From assembly GCA_964016885.1 (NCBI GenBank), contig OZ024744.1, positions 31,620,001 through 31,684,000 on the forward strand: a DNA stretch of 64,000 bases, in the 5' to 3' direction. The DNA comes from Eledone cirrhosa (Eukaryota). The notes under the pieces were generated by a model, which was not told the origin of the DNA, made no database searches, and saw only the letters and a program-made list of their open reading frames with translations. Positions 51,144-64,000 of the stretch are shown one piece after another. The position numbers and the translations under genes are program-made. Numbering within the stretch: position 1 is the stretch's first letter; each line of letters opens with the position of its first letter.

Positions 51144-51658
51144 ATTGGCTCAGAAAAGATGTCAAACAAAGATGACTCCGGTGGTCTCGATTCTTCCAGT
51201 CCACCACTCTGAACTTGGCACATTGTTTGTCGACCCCGAAAGTTGACACCGGCATGAATTGAACTCAGAACGCAGACAACCAGAACAAGGAAGGGAGAGT
51301 GCTCTATGTATGCTACAAGGCATTTTATCTGATGTTCAAACGATTCTGAGAATTCACCGTGTTGCTTTGATCGTGTTTTGCAATGAAACCGGTTTCAGTC
51401 CTACCTTTCAACGACTGTTTGTATTTATATGTATACACACACACACACGCACTCACCGACATATATATAGATATACATATATACATTTACATATATATAT
51501 ATACAATGAAATAGAACGAAGGGTGAGAAGGTAAAAATAAATACATATATATATAAGCAAAAGTTTATATGGTTCGTTGATTATTCAATTCCCGTATTGG
51601 CAGTCAATACGGGAATTGAATAATCAAGACCGTAGTGGTATGTCATATATCAAATCAC

Positions 51659-51726
51659 ATATTTTGTCTGATGAGTACGTAGTGAAAAAACAACACAGTA
51701 CCTTCGAAATATATATAATAAAGTAT
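51659..51726 (+). ncRNA. Minimal type I hammerhead ribozyme motif
   Basis: ATATTTTGT-CTGATGA-GTAC...GTACCTTC-GAAA-T-ATAT-A-TA-ATAAAGTAT: 9-bp stem I with wobble pairs, palindromic loop III, imperfect stem II. Confidence 0.55.
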
Positions 51727-51785
51727 ATATATTTTGATTATGCGAATATTTTTCATTTGTTACATTTCGCATAATCAAAATATAT

Positions 51786-51842
<57 letters not shown>

Positions 51843-51959
51843 TATATGTTGGTTGTTTACCGACACCTCAGTATGCAGATTGGAGCACTCGACGAAGTAC
51901 GCAGGTTGGTTTGGTTACTCCGGAGTAATGTAAAATAAAATAATTAAGTCAAATATTTA

Positions 51960-54260
51960 AAATTTGGCTTTGTTTATTAAAGGTGTACTGTTATATATAT
52001 TTCGGTGACAGTCATCCTTGGCTGTGATCTCTTCAGGCAGTCCGAATTGGTGTGGGAGAGACAGGTACACATGTTGTTGAAGTGTGTTTTACTCCGTCAA
52101 TACTCCGATGTGCCCAGCTCCTGGTTGGGTTATTATTTCTCTGAGGAACTGGAATCATATGAATTCGAACAAACGAATTTCGGCGTCAAAGGACACTCTC
52201 TCCTCGCATTGGTCAGTTGTGAGAACATTCCTCAGTCAAAAGTCTATAGAAATTTTTCTGAGGCAAGGCAGTCTATTGTGGTTGTTTTTGTTATGTACAG
52301 CTGACCTCTTCCCTTGTATTGGTAGTGGTGTTGGTGTTAAGGGGTCATTAGTCAGGTCAGCTCTAGTTCGGCTGCTGCTATGCTTAGTAGAATTTGTGTG
52401 TGTGTGTTGGCATCTATCCTGCCACCATTTCCCGTGGTGGTGGTGGTGGGGGTGGGGTGCCAAACAGATGAAGAAATAAGATAAAGTAAAATGGAGAAAT
52501 AAAAGAATATAAGACAATAAAAGGGAAAAAAAAAATAATAATAAATAAATAAATAAACAAAAAAAAAAGAAGATAATAAAAGAATAAAATAAAATGCGTG
52601 TGTGTTATAACCAATCTCAAAGTTTGAAAGATTTGCAAGATATTGACCGAAGTAGGAAGGCTGTGTGTCAGAATCGAGAAGTGCAAAGGATTACAATCTT
52701 TACACTATCATGCTGTGGTGCGTTTTAAGAGCAAATGAGACAAGGGTGGAGTGTAAAACACCAGAACCCGAGTGTTAAAATCCGGAAATGCAGAGGACTA
52801 CAGTTCCTATTTCGGCATAGAGTACATATGCGTATATGTCAACTCACATCGTTCCAAGCACACACGCACAAGCAAAGGCCCAGGTGCATCCCCTATGCAC
52901 ACACACACACACACATTATAACCCCCCACACACACACACTTACACGCACAGACACACACACACTCACATGTAAGTATCTGTGCATGTACAATCTTAAATA
53001 ACAGTATCTATGTATGGACATATGCATAAGTATGTGTTGTCACAGGAGTCGATCGAGGCAGGGGTAGGGGTGGTGATTGTGCAGGGGGTGGTTTACCGTG
53101 GGCTCGGTGTGGTGGGGCTGCTGTCCTTATAGCTAGAGGGAAGTTCCCCTCCCAATGTTTTGTTATTGTCCATATAGCTGAGGTGTCTAAATGTCCCGGA
53201 GAAGTCCCTATAGCTTGAAGGGAGTTCCCATCCTAATGTGTTGTTATTGTCCATATAGCTTGAGGAAGGTCCCGGCCCTGAGGTGTCTACATGTCCCGAA
53301 GAAGTCAGTCCTGAGGTTTATCAGGCTGCTTCCACCTCTGAGTATCTCGAGGGTCTCGCTCAGACATAGTTTGCAGATACCAGATCCCCCTTTATCAGGT
53401 GGTACTTTCCTGATTTTGGATCAGGCTAGAGAGTACGGGGTCCTATCCAGCTTGAGCTTCCAAATCAGTTCGGAAAGAGCCTTACTTTTCCTTTTGTCCT
53501 CCCTATTAAAGGAATGGCGATGGTTATACCATCGGTCTTTAAAGCTCGTTGATGTGGCTTCTATGTAAAGGTGTTCAGAGTTGGGTTTTTTTTATTCTAC
53601 ATCCGTATATTAAGTTCTTCCTAAGGCATTCATTACTAAGGGGCATAATTCGGGGTTTCTGCAGTTGAAGGAGGTGGTCGACCTCCGCGTGCCTAGTGTG
53701 GGGTTCCCGTTACGTATTATATGGTGGTCCTCCCCCCGGGCCCTGCGTCTGTTTGGGTTTCCAGGCTGGGCACTGGGTCCACCCTTCTTTCCCTCCACAT
53801 GGTTCTGCTGGGTGCTTATATTGCCAGCTTCTGGTTGTGTGTGGTTTTTAAGTCTACCCCTATTGGGTCACATTTCGCGTGGTAGAATACGAGAGCTTCA
53901 CAGTGTGTCTGTTGAAGATCTTGTGGTATATATGGTGCCTCGGGAAGCATTTATCTAGTGCTCTAAAGAATGAGCGGGCCAAGCTGTTCTTTAGGGCCGC
54001 TGAGTAGGGTGGGTTGTACCACGTGATTTTTCTGCGTCTACTCCTATGTGGGTGGGTTGAGCGAGTCGTGGGCTGTTGGGGAGTTGTTGGGTTGCTAGTG
54101 GTTCCCGCATTGCTGCTTCCCCTTTGGCCGCTATGTATTTTGCTAACTTCCAGGCCCGAATCTGTGGAGTGGTTGTTGCCCACGCTGGGAGCTCTACAAT
54201 TGGATGGTCCTCCATCAGTCCTCTCCGTGTCCCTTGAAAATGTGCCTATGTTTGTATCCA
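51960..54260 (-). mobile_element. Penelope-like retroelement remnant (GIY-YIG end, 3' UTR and pLTR)
   Basis: KITWYNPPYS...KIFNRHTVKLSYS, NCRNPELCPL, IYGCRI...YIEATSTSFKDRWYNHRHSF, CKLCLSE; hammerhead-like CTGAAGA...GAAA at 52036-52000 on the minus strand. Confidence 0.8.
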
Positions 54261-54270
54261 TGTATACTCA

Positions 54271-54355
<85 letters not shown>

Positions 54356-54714
54356 ATACATGGATACAAACATAGGCACATGTTCAAGGACAGGTTATTG
54401 ACTTAATATACGTATCCATCTGATCAGACAGCCGAAAAAATAAAAAACAAAATATTGAGGTATAAAAATATACAAAAATATAAACACACGCACAACTCGT
54501 ACATAAACACATTGGTGTACAAAATAGATTTAATTAAGATAGATTTACATAAGAGTATGTAAATGGATATATACATCATCATCATCATTTTACGTCCGCT
54601 TTTCCCTGCTTATATATATATATGTGTGTGTGTGAGAGAGAGTGTGTGTGTGTGTTACGTAATTCCAAAGGAAAAGCAAAGGGAAAAAAAGTGCTCTATG
54701 TATAGAACAGAGCT

Positions 54715-55159
54715 ATTTAATTAGAAAGTGAACAACATAAAATATAACTACTCCATTGCCAAAGGTTTCTGGATCACAGACAATAATAATATACGTCTGG
54801 ATCGGTCGTCAGACAGAGATTTTATGGATAAAAGATATGAAATGAAATTTAAATTCTGTTAAAAATTAGAAGTGAGGCTGGAAAAATAACGGGATTAAAA
54901 AAAAAATAAATAAATAAAATAAAATAAAAAATAAAAATAATAAGCAATATATTATTGCTATATATTTAAATTTTTTTATTTTCGTCCCGTTATTTTTCCA
55001 GCCTCACTTCCAATTTTTAACAGATTCTAAATCTCATTTCATATCTTTTATCCATAACATCTCTGTCTGACGACCGATCCAGACGTATATTATTATCGTC
55101 TGTAATCCAGAAACCTTTGGTAATGGAGTAGTTATATTTTGTGTTGTTCGCTTTCTAAT

Positions 55160-55164
<5 letters not shown>
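54715..55164. repeat. Fold-back inverted repeat, ~180-bp arms, containing a hammerhead
   Basis: 54715-54894 is the near reverse complement of 54985-55164. Confidence 0.9.
55054..55135 (+). ncRNA. Type I hammerhead ribozyme motif
   Basis: ATAAC..CTCTGT-CTGACGA-..CAGACG..CGTCTG..-GAAA-CC-TTT-GG-TA-ATGGAG..GTTAT; base of stem II is imperfect. Confidence 0.55.
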
Positions 55165-55201
<37 letters not shown>

Positions 55202-55229
55202 CATACATATGTTTATAAATATCTGTGTA

Positions 55230-56577
<1,348 letters not shown>

Positions 56578-57101
56578 TATTTAAGGCAACAATTTATAAA
56601 ATTATTCATTCTGTCGGATTGAAGAAAAATATAATCTTTAAAAATACTTCTGTTGTAGTATATATAAACTTAGTGACAATCGTTTCAATATTGATCGTTC
56701 AGTGTACAGTCATAATGACAGGGGCCCGACCCGGAAAAAGACATAGAAAAAAACCCCAAAAAGCATAGCGACAACAGTATAGATTTTTTAAAGTCTGGTA
56801 CATGTATTACAGATCTCATTTTTGTCGTACACCTAAATTACAAAACATAGACATGAACACACACATACACACACACACATTCACATACACATACACACAT
56901 ACACACACATGTATAATTAAGAGCGGTTTTCCGCAAGGAACGGCAGGGATCAACAGCCAAATAAGGTAGTCTCTACATTAGTAGAAAAGATGCATATATA
57001 TTTCATATAGAAATAATTTCTACAGGACTAGAACTGTTTCATTCGTTTGTAGTATTTATAGTCGTGTAGAAGTCATTTCTATATGAAATATATATATATA
57101 C

Positions 57102-57149
<48 letters not shown>

Positions 57150-57153
<4 letters not shown>

Positions 57154-57346
57154 GTAAAGACCTTATTCTGCCAGGAATGACCATGGCATTTGCACCTAGA
57201 AAGTTCCCTTCCGAGATATAAATCTAAGTAGGGTTGTTTGTGAAAGACCAGCACTCACCCATCCCATACATACCAGTCTCCCCTCTCCACGCCACAGATT
57301 CTAAGGGAAAGGATATGGCTGATACAGCTTGGCACTAGTGACGTCA
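57150..57346 (-). mobile_element. SINE body fragment (family of 61150-61320)
   Basis: ATACAGCTTGGCACTAGTGACGTC resembles ATACAGCTTTGCACCTTGACGTC at ~61167. Confidence 0.45.
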
Positions 57347-57360
57347 AAACACACACACAC

Positions 57361-57431
<71 letters not shown>

Positions 57432-57586
57432 GAAACACACAGATACATGCGGACACACACATATATACATGAATGCATCCGCACCCAACTGTGAGTTAAG
57501 GGTGCCAACTTCACCGATGTTGCTCAATGAATGACTGGGACAGACCAATTCAGTTGAACTAGACTGAACCAGTATCAGAGTTAAAA

Positions 57587-58145
57587 ATACATTATGAAGA
57601 GAGAAGAAACATTTAGATATAATTAGTAATAAAATGTATCATACCTAAACTGCTCCTAAATTCCTCGACTACGTAGTTTCGTGGCATAAACAAAAACAAT
57701 AAATCATAAAGATATAGAGTCCTTGCGAGGTCTGCCGACTTATCAAGAGGATACCTCATTTTACTAGTCTCAAGAACGCGTCTATACGACGTGAGAAAGA
57801 ATCCCAAAAGGCGGAGGGGGAGATAGTCACGCGATATAACGGTCGAGAAACAGAGCTAAGCCTCTTATAACCCCGAAGAAAATACCACGGAGGCGGAGGG
57901 GGTATTTATATCGAGGCCGTAGAAGAGGTGGTGAAGAAGGCGAGAAGTATGAGTAATGGAAGCCTTAGTAAAATGAGGTATCCTCTTGATAAGTCGGCAG
58001 ACCTCGCAAGGACTCTATATCTTTATGATTTATTGTTTTTGTTTATGCCACGAAACTACGTAGTCGATGAATTTAGGAGCAGTTTAGGTATGACACATTT
58101 TATTACTAATTATATCTAAATGTTTCTTCTCTCTTCATAATGTAT
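57587..58145. repeat. Inverted repeat, ~180-bp arms with a 200-bp spacer
   Basis: 57587-57766 versus 57966-58145, near-perfect; the same peptide appears on both strands in the ORF track. Confidence 0.95.
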
Positions 58146-58321
58146 ATATATATATATATACATGTGTGTGTGTGTTTTGACGTCACTAGTGCCAGTCTCT
58201 TTTTAACGCTGAAGTCGACCATCACTAATCTATTAATGTCGATGTAATTTTTATATCGATATTATTTGGGCATCCACTGATGAGTTTATAAGAGCCCGCT
58301 TGTGTATAGAACTATGAATTA

Positions 58322-58441
58322 TAATAATAATGAAATTATTCTGTACAGTGCTCAGGTACACTACAATTCATCAAAGGTGCATGTATAGTACATAGAATAA
58401 TGTACAAATGTCAGGAAAATGAACAGTGTATGAGTCATGAT
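58322..58441 (-). mobile_element. Second, diverged CR1 3'-end fragment with (ATT)n tail
   Basis: Diverged copy of 58443-58580. Confidence 0.7.
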
Positions 58442-58442
58442 A

Positions 58443-60815
58443 TAATAATAATAACAATAATAGTAATGAAATGTTGTGTACAGTGCCCTGGTGCACCACA
58501 ACTCATCAAAAAGTGCATGTACAGTACATAGGGCAATGCACAAACATGAGTAAAATGAACAGTGCGCAAGTCATGATACACACGTGTGCATGTGTATGGA
58601 AGGGGTACATCAGGTGTAGTTTTGGCATATTTCGGGAAGCATGAGTGTCTTAAAGGATGCAGTGTCTCGGCAGCTAACAACTGACGCAGGCAGTTTATTC
58701 CATGCTTCAGAAACTCTGAGCGTGAAAAAATGTCTACGAAAGTCATGGGAGCTGTGCTGTTTTCTGATTTTGTAGGCATGTCCACGTGTGTTAGACACAT
58801 GGAGATCAAAAAGGTGCTCAGGGTTGCAATTGGCGAGATGGTTAATAACTTTGTGGGTATTCACCAAGTCCATTGCCAGACGTCGGAGCTTCAATGAATC
58901 CATGCCCAGGGAAGCAAGGCGTTCAGAGTATGGTAGGTGTCTGATGGAGGGTATGCGCTTGCTTGCACGTCTCTGAACAGTTTCCAGGAGGTCAATGTTC
59001 TGAGCAAGGTAGGGGTTCCAGACTGATGATGCAAATTCCAAGTGTGGTCGTACCATAGCTGTATACAGTTTTAAATAGATGTCTGGAGAGCGGCTAACAA
59101 AGGTCTTGCTGAGTGATGCCAAGACACCCTCGGCCTTCTTGACAATCTTAGAGACATGTATTGTCCAACGCAAATCGCTGCTGACAGTAATTCCCAGGTC
59201 ATGTTCACAAGAGGACTTCTTGATATCAGTGTTGTGGAGGGAGTATGTGGACGCTGGATTTTTCCTTCCAAAATGCATGGTGGTACACTTGTCCACAGCC
59301 AGCTTCAGTTGCCAGTCTGTGATCTATTGCTGCATTGTGTCCAGGTCTGATTGTAGGAAAGAATTGTAAATTTCAGGATCAGTCCTTTTGATTTCAAGGT
59401 ACAGCTTGATGTCATCTGCATATTTCAGTACCGTGGCATTCTTAAAGTTGGCATTTATGTCATTAATATATGCCACAAACAAAAGGGGACCAAGAACAGA
59501 TCCCTGTGGTACACCAGATGACATCTCATATGGTGAAGAATGGTGCCCTAGAACCGTGACTACTTCTTTTCGGTTGAGAATGAAGGATTTCAAACAGTCG
59601 AAAAGATCATCCCTCACACCCATTGCAGAGAGTTTTGCCATAAGTCTTTTGTGTGGCACAGAATTAAAAGCCTTAGCAAAGTCAAGGTAAACAACATCCA
59701 CCCATGAGCCGCTGTCAGTGATCCGGGTGATGTCTTCAAGGAACTCGATAAGCTGATCACAGCAGCTGGAGTTAGGGATAAATTCAAACTGTGAGGGCCG
59801 GATGAGGCTGTGAAAGCTCCAGAAGTTCCAAAGTGTTTCTCTGACACAGGATTCCATCAGTTTGGCCATACAGCTAGTAAGACTGACTGGACGATAGTTG
59901 ACAGGTGACATGCAGTTATCCTTTTTGAACAGGGGAATGACACTGGCAGTTTTCCACTGCTCCGGAGTAGCACCATTGTTGAGACAGTATTGAAAGAAGA
60001 AAGAAAGCTGGCGCAAAAGGAAATACCCGCCACGTTTGAGAAGCAGGTATGTCACACCATCAAGACCAGGGGAGGCATAGTTGCGCTTATTCTTAAGGTG
60101 ACGTCGCAACATTGCAGGTGTAAATTCCATAGTTGTTATGGAATTAGATGTTAGAGATGGTGGAGATGGTACATTCTGGTTTTCAACAGTAAAAATACTT
60201 GCATAGCACTCAGCAATGAGTTCTGCGCATTCTTTGGGATCGTCAGTGATCTGGCTTGTGTTGGGATTGCGAAGAGGACCAACTGGAGAGTGAGGTCTCT
60301 GCTTTGAATGGACATATTTCCAGAACACTTTACTGTCAGGATTGGTTGCTATGCACTGTTCAAATTCAAGCACTGCCTTCTTTGTCACTTGCTTGGGATG
60401 GTTAGAAGATTTATTCCGCTTTTTTCTGTTGGCATCTGATTTATGCAGTTTATATTCCCGTTCAGCGTTCCGACGTTCTTTCCTGGCAAGTCGGACCGCT
60501 GAAGTTTCCCAAATTGCACTTTTGGGGTGGTTATTTTTCCGCTTACGTGGCACCGATGCTGCACACGCTATCCATATTGAGTCCAGGATGCTCTGGAGTA
60601 TAGTGTTCACATCTCCAGAGTTATAGAACTCATGCCAGTTTGGGCGCTATAGCTCAGTGCAGTACAAGTTCCAATCCGCCCTCTTCCAATCAAAGCAAGC
60701 AGATTGGAGATGGCTCTGGTTTTTGTTGCTGCCCTCAAGTGCCAGATTGGCAATGATCATAGCATGATCGGAGTCGCCTAGAGGTTCCTCAGTAGTACAA
60801 CTGATTATAAACAAG
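58443..60815 (-). pseudogene. 5'-truncated CR1-clade LINE; ORF2 RT with one in-frame stop at 59324-59326
   Basis: SDH end of APE, SPGLDG, NYRPVSLTS, YLDFAKAF, GVPQGSVLGPLLF, YADD, RPHLEFASSVWNP, TRGH, AWNKLP; (ATT)n-like tail. Confidence 0.9.
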
Positions 60816-61098
60816 TTTTTACATAACCTGGACATTATTTATCCCAAATTGTAGAAATGTTATAACGAAACGATCGTCTGGAAGGAAAGAGATATTTATT
60901 TAATTATATCTCATATAAAATAATACAACCAGCTATCCACGAAATACTGATTAGTTAGCACCCAAACACTAAATTGGGATAATACTTAGGTATATCCTAA
61001 TGTTTGTTGAGTGAGATGGGGTTGGTCGGAGTATCGCTTAAGGCTTTCTCTGTTAAAGTATTATATATATATATATATACTGTATATGCACTCTACAC

Positions 61099-61129
<31 letters not shown>

Positions 61130-61149
61130 ACACTCTATACACATATATG

Positions 61150-61320
61150 ATCTTGTCCAAGGGCCAATACAGCTTTGCACCTTGACGTCGCCACTCATTT
61201 CAGCTGAGTAAACTGGAGCAATATGAAATAAAGGGTCTTGTTAAGGAAACAACTCATTACTCGAACTCACAATCATGCGATTGCAAGGCCAACACTCTAA
61301 CCATTAAGCCATACGCCTCA
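61150..61320 (-). mobile_element. CORE-type tRNA-derived SINE, diverged
   Basis: Minus strand GGCGTATGGCTTAATGGTTAGAG...GAGTTCGAG...CCTTAACAAGACCC. Confidence 0.65.
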
Positions 61321-61324
61321 CTTA

Positions 61325-61500
61325 TACACGCGACGGTCTTCTGTAATTTCCCTCTGCCAAATTTCACTTACGAGGCATTAGTCAACTTGAGGCTACAGTA
61401 GAAGATTATTTCCCATGGTGCTGCGCAGTATGACTGAATCCTGATCCCTCGCTTCCACCGGGGTGCTAAACGAACTATTTAATCAGTCATGCTTGCACCT
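61325..61500 (-). mobile_element. Diverged SINE of another abundant family
   Basis: CCAAATTTCACTTACGAGGCATTAGTCAACTTGAGGCTACAGTAGAAGA...GGTGCTGCGCAGTATGACTGAA; family recognised from memory only. Confidence 0.45.
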
Positions 61501-61559
61501 ATATATGTGTTTGTGACAGCTCACACCTATGCAGGTTTAGCTGGCCTCTTCCAAGGTAT

Positions 61560-61755
61560 ATCTCGTTCGAGGTGTCTTGGGTAATTTAATGATAGGGACC
61601 CCAGTCCTATCATCTCATTTCTACAGCTGAGTAAACTGGAGCAACGTGAAATAAAGTGTCTTGCTCAAGGAAACAACACATCACCCGGTCCGAGAATTGA
61701 ACTCACAACCTTTCGATTGCAAACCTAATGCTCTAACCACTAAGCCAGGCGCCTT
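61560..61755 (-). mobile_element. CORE-type tRNA-derived SINE
   Basis: Minus strand GGCGCCTGGCTTAGTGGTTAGAGC...GAGTTCAATTC...CCTTGAGCAAGACACT (CORE-like). Confidence 0.75.
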
Positions 61756-62399
61756 CACGCGCCTATATATAGCCAGTCTAGATACACTTACTATTCTTTG
61801 ACCCCCCCACCCTCCTCACACACATACATTCTTCATCAGCCCAACCTACCACTATGATAAATTTGATCATAGCACTGCTAACATTATCGACCTATTTTTA
61901 CACACCCTGCTAAAATTACTACACCCTCTCAAAGGCTTGCTGAGCGCACAAGCCGAAACCGCTTGGCACCGTGCTATTTCCACCCTTACTTTATATATAT
62001 AAACATCTGAAGTTAGAAGGTCAGAACAATGCAGATTTGGAGATAGAATATAAATGTAAAAGATAACGCTGACAATTAGTCGTTTACCTTAACTTATTCA
62101 TATATCCTGATATTTCGAGATTCGTCTGAGGAAAGTAAAGGGGTTAATCCAGTTTTCGAAGTGGGTTGCTAAGTCATGCTGACCGGAAGTAGTATAAAGT
62201 TCTATTCTACTTCTTATGTCAAAGAGTGAAGGTTTGAGCAGGTCAAGTGAATAAAGAGTTGTCTCCCTTTAAAAGGATTGGACATGTATGTCTAAGTGTG
62301 TGTGTGTGTGTGTGTGTGTAAGAGAATACGTAAAGGTGTAAACATGTGTGTGTGTGTGAGTGTGAGAGGATACGTGAAGATGTAAATATGAGGGCTAGA

Positions 62400-63330
62400 T
62401 GTTCTACCATGTTAAAAATTGGGTGTTGAGTTCTAATATATTATTGATTGGTGGTTGCGTTTTGTCTATAATTAATGCTTTTTTAATTCTAAGATTGCCA
62501 AGGTTTCTTTCCTTAGCTTCTATCCTAACTATTATGTTTTAGTTGATGTTTTTACATTTTCCTAGGTGTTTCTTAAATGAGGAAGCGTTAGTGTTGAGGT
62601 GTTCTTTTATTCTAATGTGAAGTTGTCTGGTGGTGCTACCTACGTATAAGTCGTTGCATTTGTCGCACTCTAATCTGTAGTCGACGTATGCCTGGTGGCA
62701 TAGGTCTGTGTCGTCGATGGGGAAGTTGGCTAGCCTGCAGCGGCTGTCTTGTCCGGTGGAGTGTCTCTTGGCTAGCTGTCTGCGTAGAGAAGGTCCTGAG
62801 TGGGCTAGCTGGATATCTAGTCCCTCTCGTCTGATGGAAGTGCGGATGGCCGTTTTAGTTTCATCACTGAAGTGTGGGAGCTTCAAGAAGCAGGTGTTAG
62901 TGCTTCGGGTGTGGTGTATTCTGTTGTTTCTGGTACGGTTCGCGGTGGACGTCGGGTATCCGTTCAGTTTAAGTACTTCCAGGAAATGTGTGGTGTGTGT
63001 GTCTCGGTCTCTTGCGTCGGTGCATTTGTTCCGGATACGTTTTAGTTCGTTCCTTATGTATCCGAACTTAGCGCTGACTGGGAGGGCCGACCTGAAATGG
63101 ACGAACAGGTCCCTGTTGGTGGCTTTTTTTATAGAAGCAGGTGTGGGTGTCGCCTTCCTCTGTTACCCTGAGTTGGAAGTCTAATAGGGATAGGGATCCA
63201 CGGTCATCGGAGTGTTCCATGCTGAACTTTATATTGGCGTCCATGCTGGAGAATGTTATTCGCTTCTTCACGGGATGATGTAAGGATGAGTATGTCATCT
63301 ACATAGGTGAAGAAGGTATAGGAATGGCGG
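62400..63330 (-). pseudogene. Penelope-like retroelement remnant (RT thumb and GIY-YIG endonuclease)
   Basis: NIKFSMEHSDDRGSLSLLD, FYKK, LNGYP, YRLECDKCNDLYVGSTTRQLHIRIKEH. Confidence 0.85.
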
Positions 63331-63505
63331 GTGTTGAGGGCTTAATAAAGGGGGGCTGGAATAAGAGTGGGGCGGGTGGTGCGATTATTCGAGGAATCAT
63401 GAGAGTATATATTAATTGTTTATCAAACTCTCTTACAATTTCTTGTTATGTATATATATGTTGAACGTTCATTTATAAAATTGCGCCTAGTAGATAAGAG
63501 AAAAG

Positions 63506-63851
63506 CTCATCAACCATCAACATCACCATCACCATTATTACCAACATCACCATCACCATCAGCATTATAACCAACATCACCATCACCATCACCATTATTA
63601 CCAACATTACCATCACCATCAGCATTATAACCAACATCACCATCACTATTATAACCAACATCACCATCACCATTATAACCATCATCACCCTCATCACCAT
63701 CATCACCATTATAACCATCATCACCATCATCAACATCATTATCATCATCACCATCATCACCATCATCACCGTCATCACTATCATCATAATTATCATCATC
63801 ATTCCCGACATCACCATCATCGGCATCATCACCATTATCAACATCACCATC
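63506..63851. repeat. Degenerate (CAT/CAC)n array with ~30-bp higher-order units
   Basis: ACCAACATCACCATCACCATC(A/G)CCATTAT(T/A) repeated. Confidence 0.85.
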
Positions 63852-64000
63852 AGGGACTACAGATCAAATTCCTCCTATCTATCGCAACACTTTATTCATT
63901 ATAGGTCTAACGCGACATATAGAGAAAAAAACAACTAACAAAACAGGGGACACGTAACTTGGTCTTTTATTATATATATATACATGTGTGTCCGTGTATG

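Noticed and set aside
57613-58119. Identical peptide on both strands (KMRYPLDKSADLARTLYLYD...)
   Set aside because: A by-product of the 180-bp inverted repeat; no recognisable domain.
63473-63850. Met/Val-rich ORF, His-rich on the other strand
   Set aside because: Degenerate (CAT/CAC)n microsatellite.

Overview
Eukaryotic, repeat-dense DNA with no convincing host protein-coding exon. The long (TA)n/(CA)n tracts and the SINE families look like an Octopus/coleoid cephalopod genome (inference). The core of the window (~17.05-47.3 kb) is a head-to-tail, same-strand array of at least seven Tx1/L1-clade non-LTR retrotransposons from several subfamilies. Four are full-length: A 20.3-25.2 kb, B 25.3-31.2 kb, C 32.0-38.0 kb (intact 1139-aa ORF2) and D 38.0-43.9 kb. 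They are interleaved with one tRNA-derived SINE family and mostly joined through (ATT)n. Inside this array I see (i) a CTTGT-loop hairpin with covarying stems shared by LINE 3' ends, SINE 3' ends and some LINE 5' UTRs, (ii) a frame-independent GGTAAGT splice-donor-like site at the end of every ORF1, and (iii) a chimeric ORF1 in copy C whose junction coincides with a GT donor of the A lineage and an AG of the D lineage, suggesting splicing-mediated ORF1 shuffling from read-through transcripts. The flanks hold Penelope-like (GIY-YIG) remnants, several hammerhead ribozyme motifs, many fold-back mini-elements in (TA)n with inverted duplication of flanks, a Penelope-architecture mini-element carrying a tRNA-like cloverleaf, two related Helitrons, a hAT MITE with a 31-bp minisatellite, RTE and CR1 LINE remnants and CORE-type SINEs. 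All alignments and folds were done by eye; coordinates of degenerate elements are approximate.
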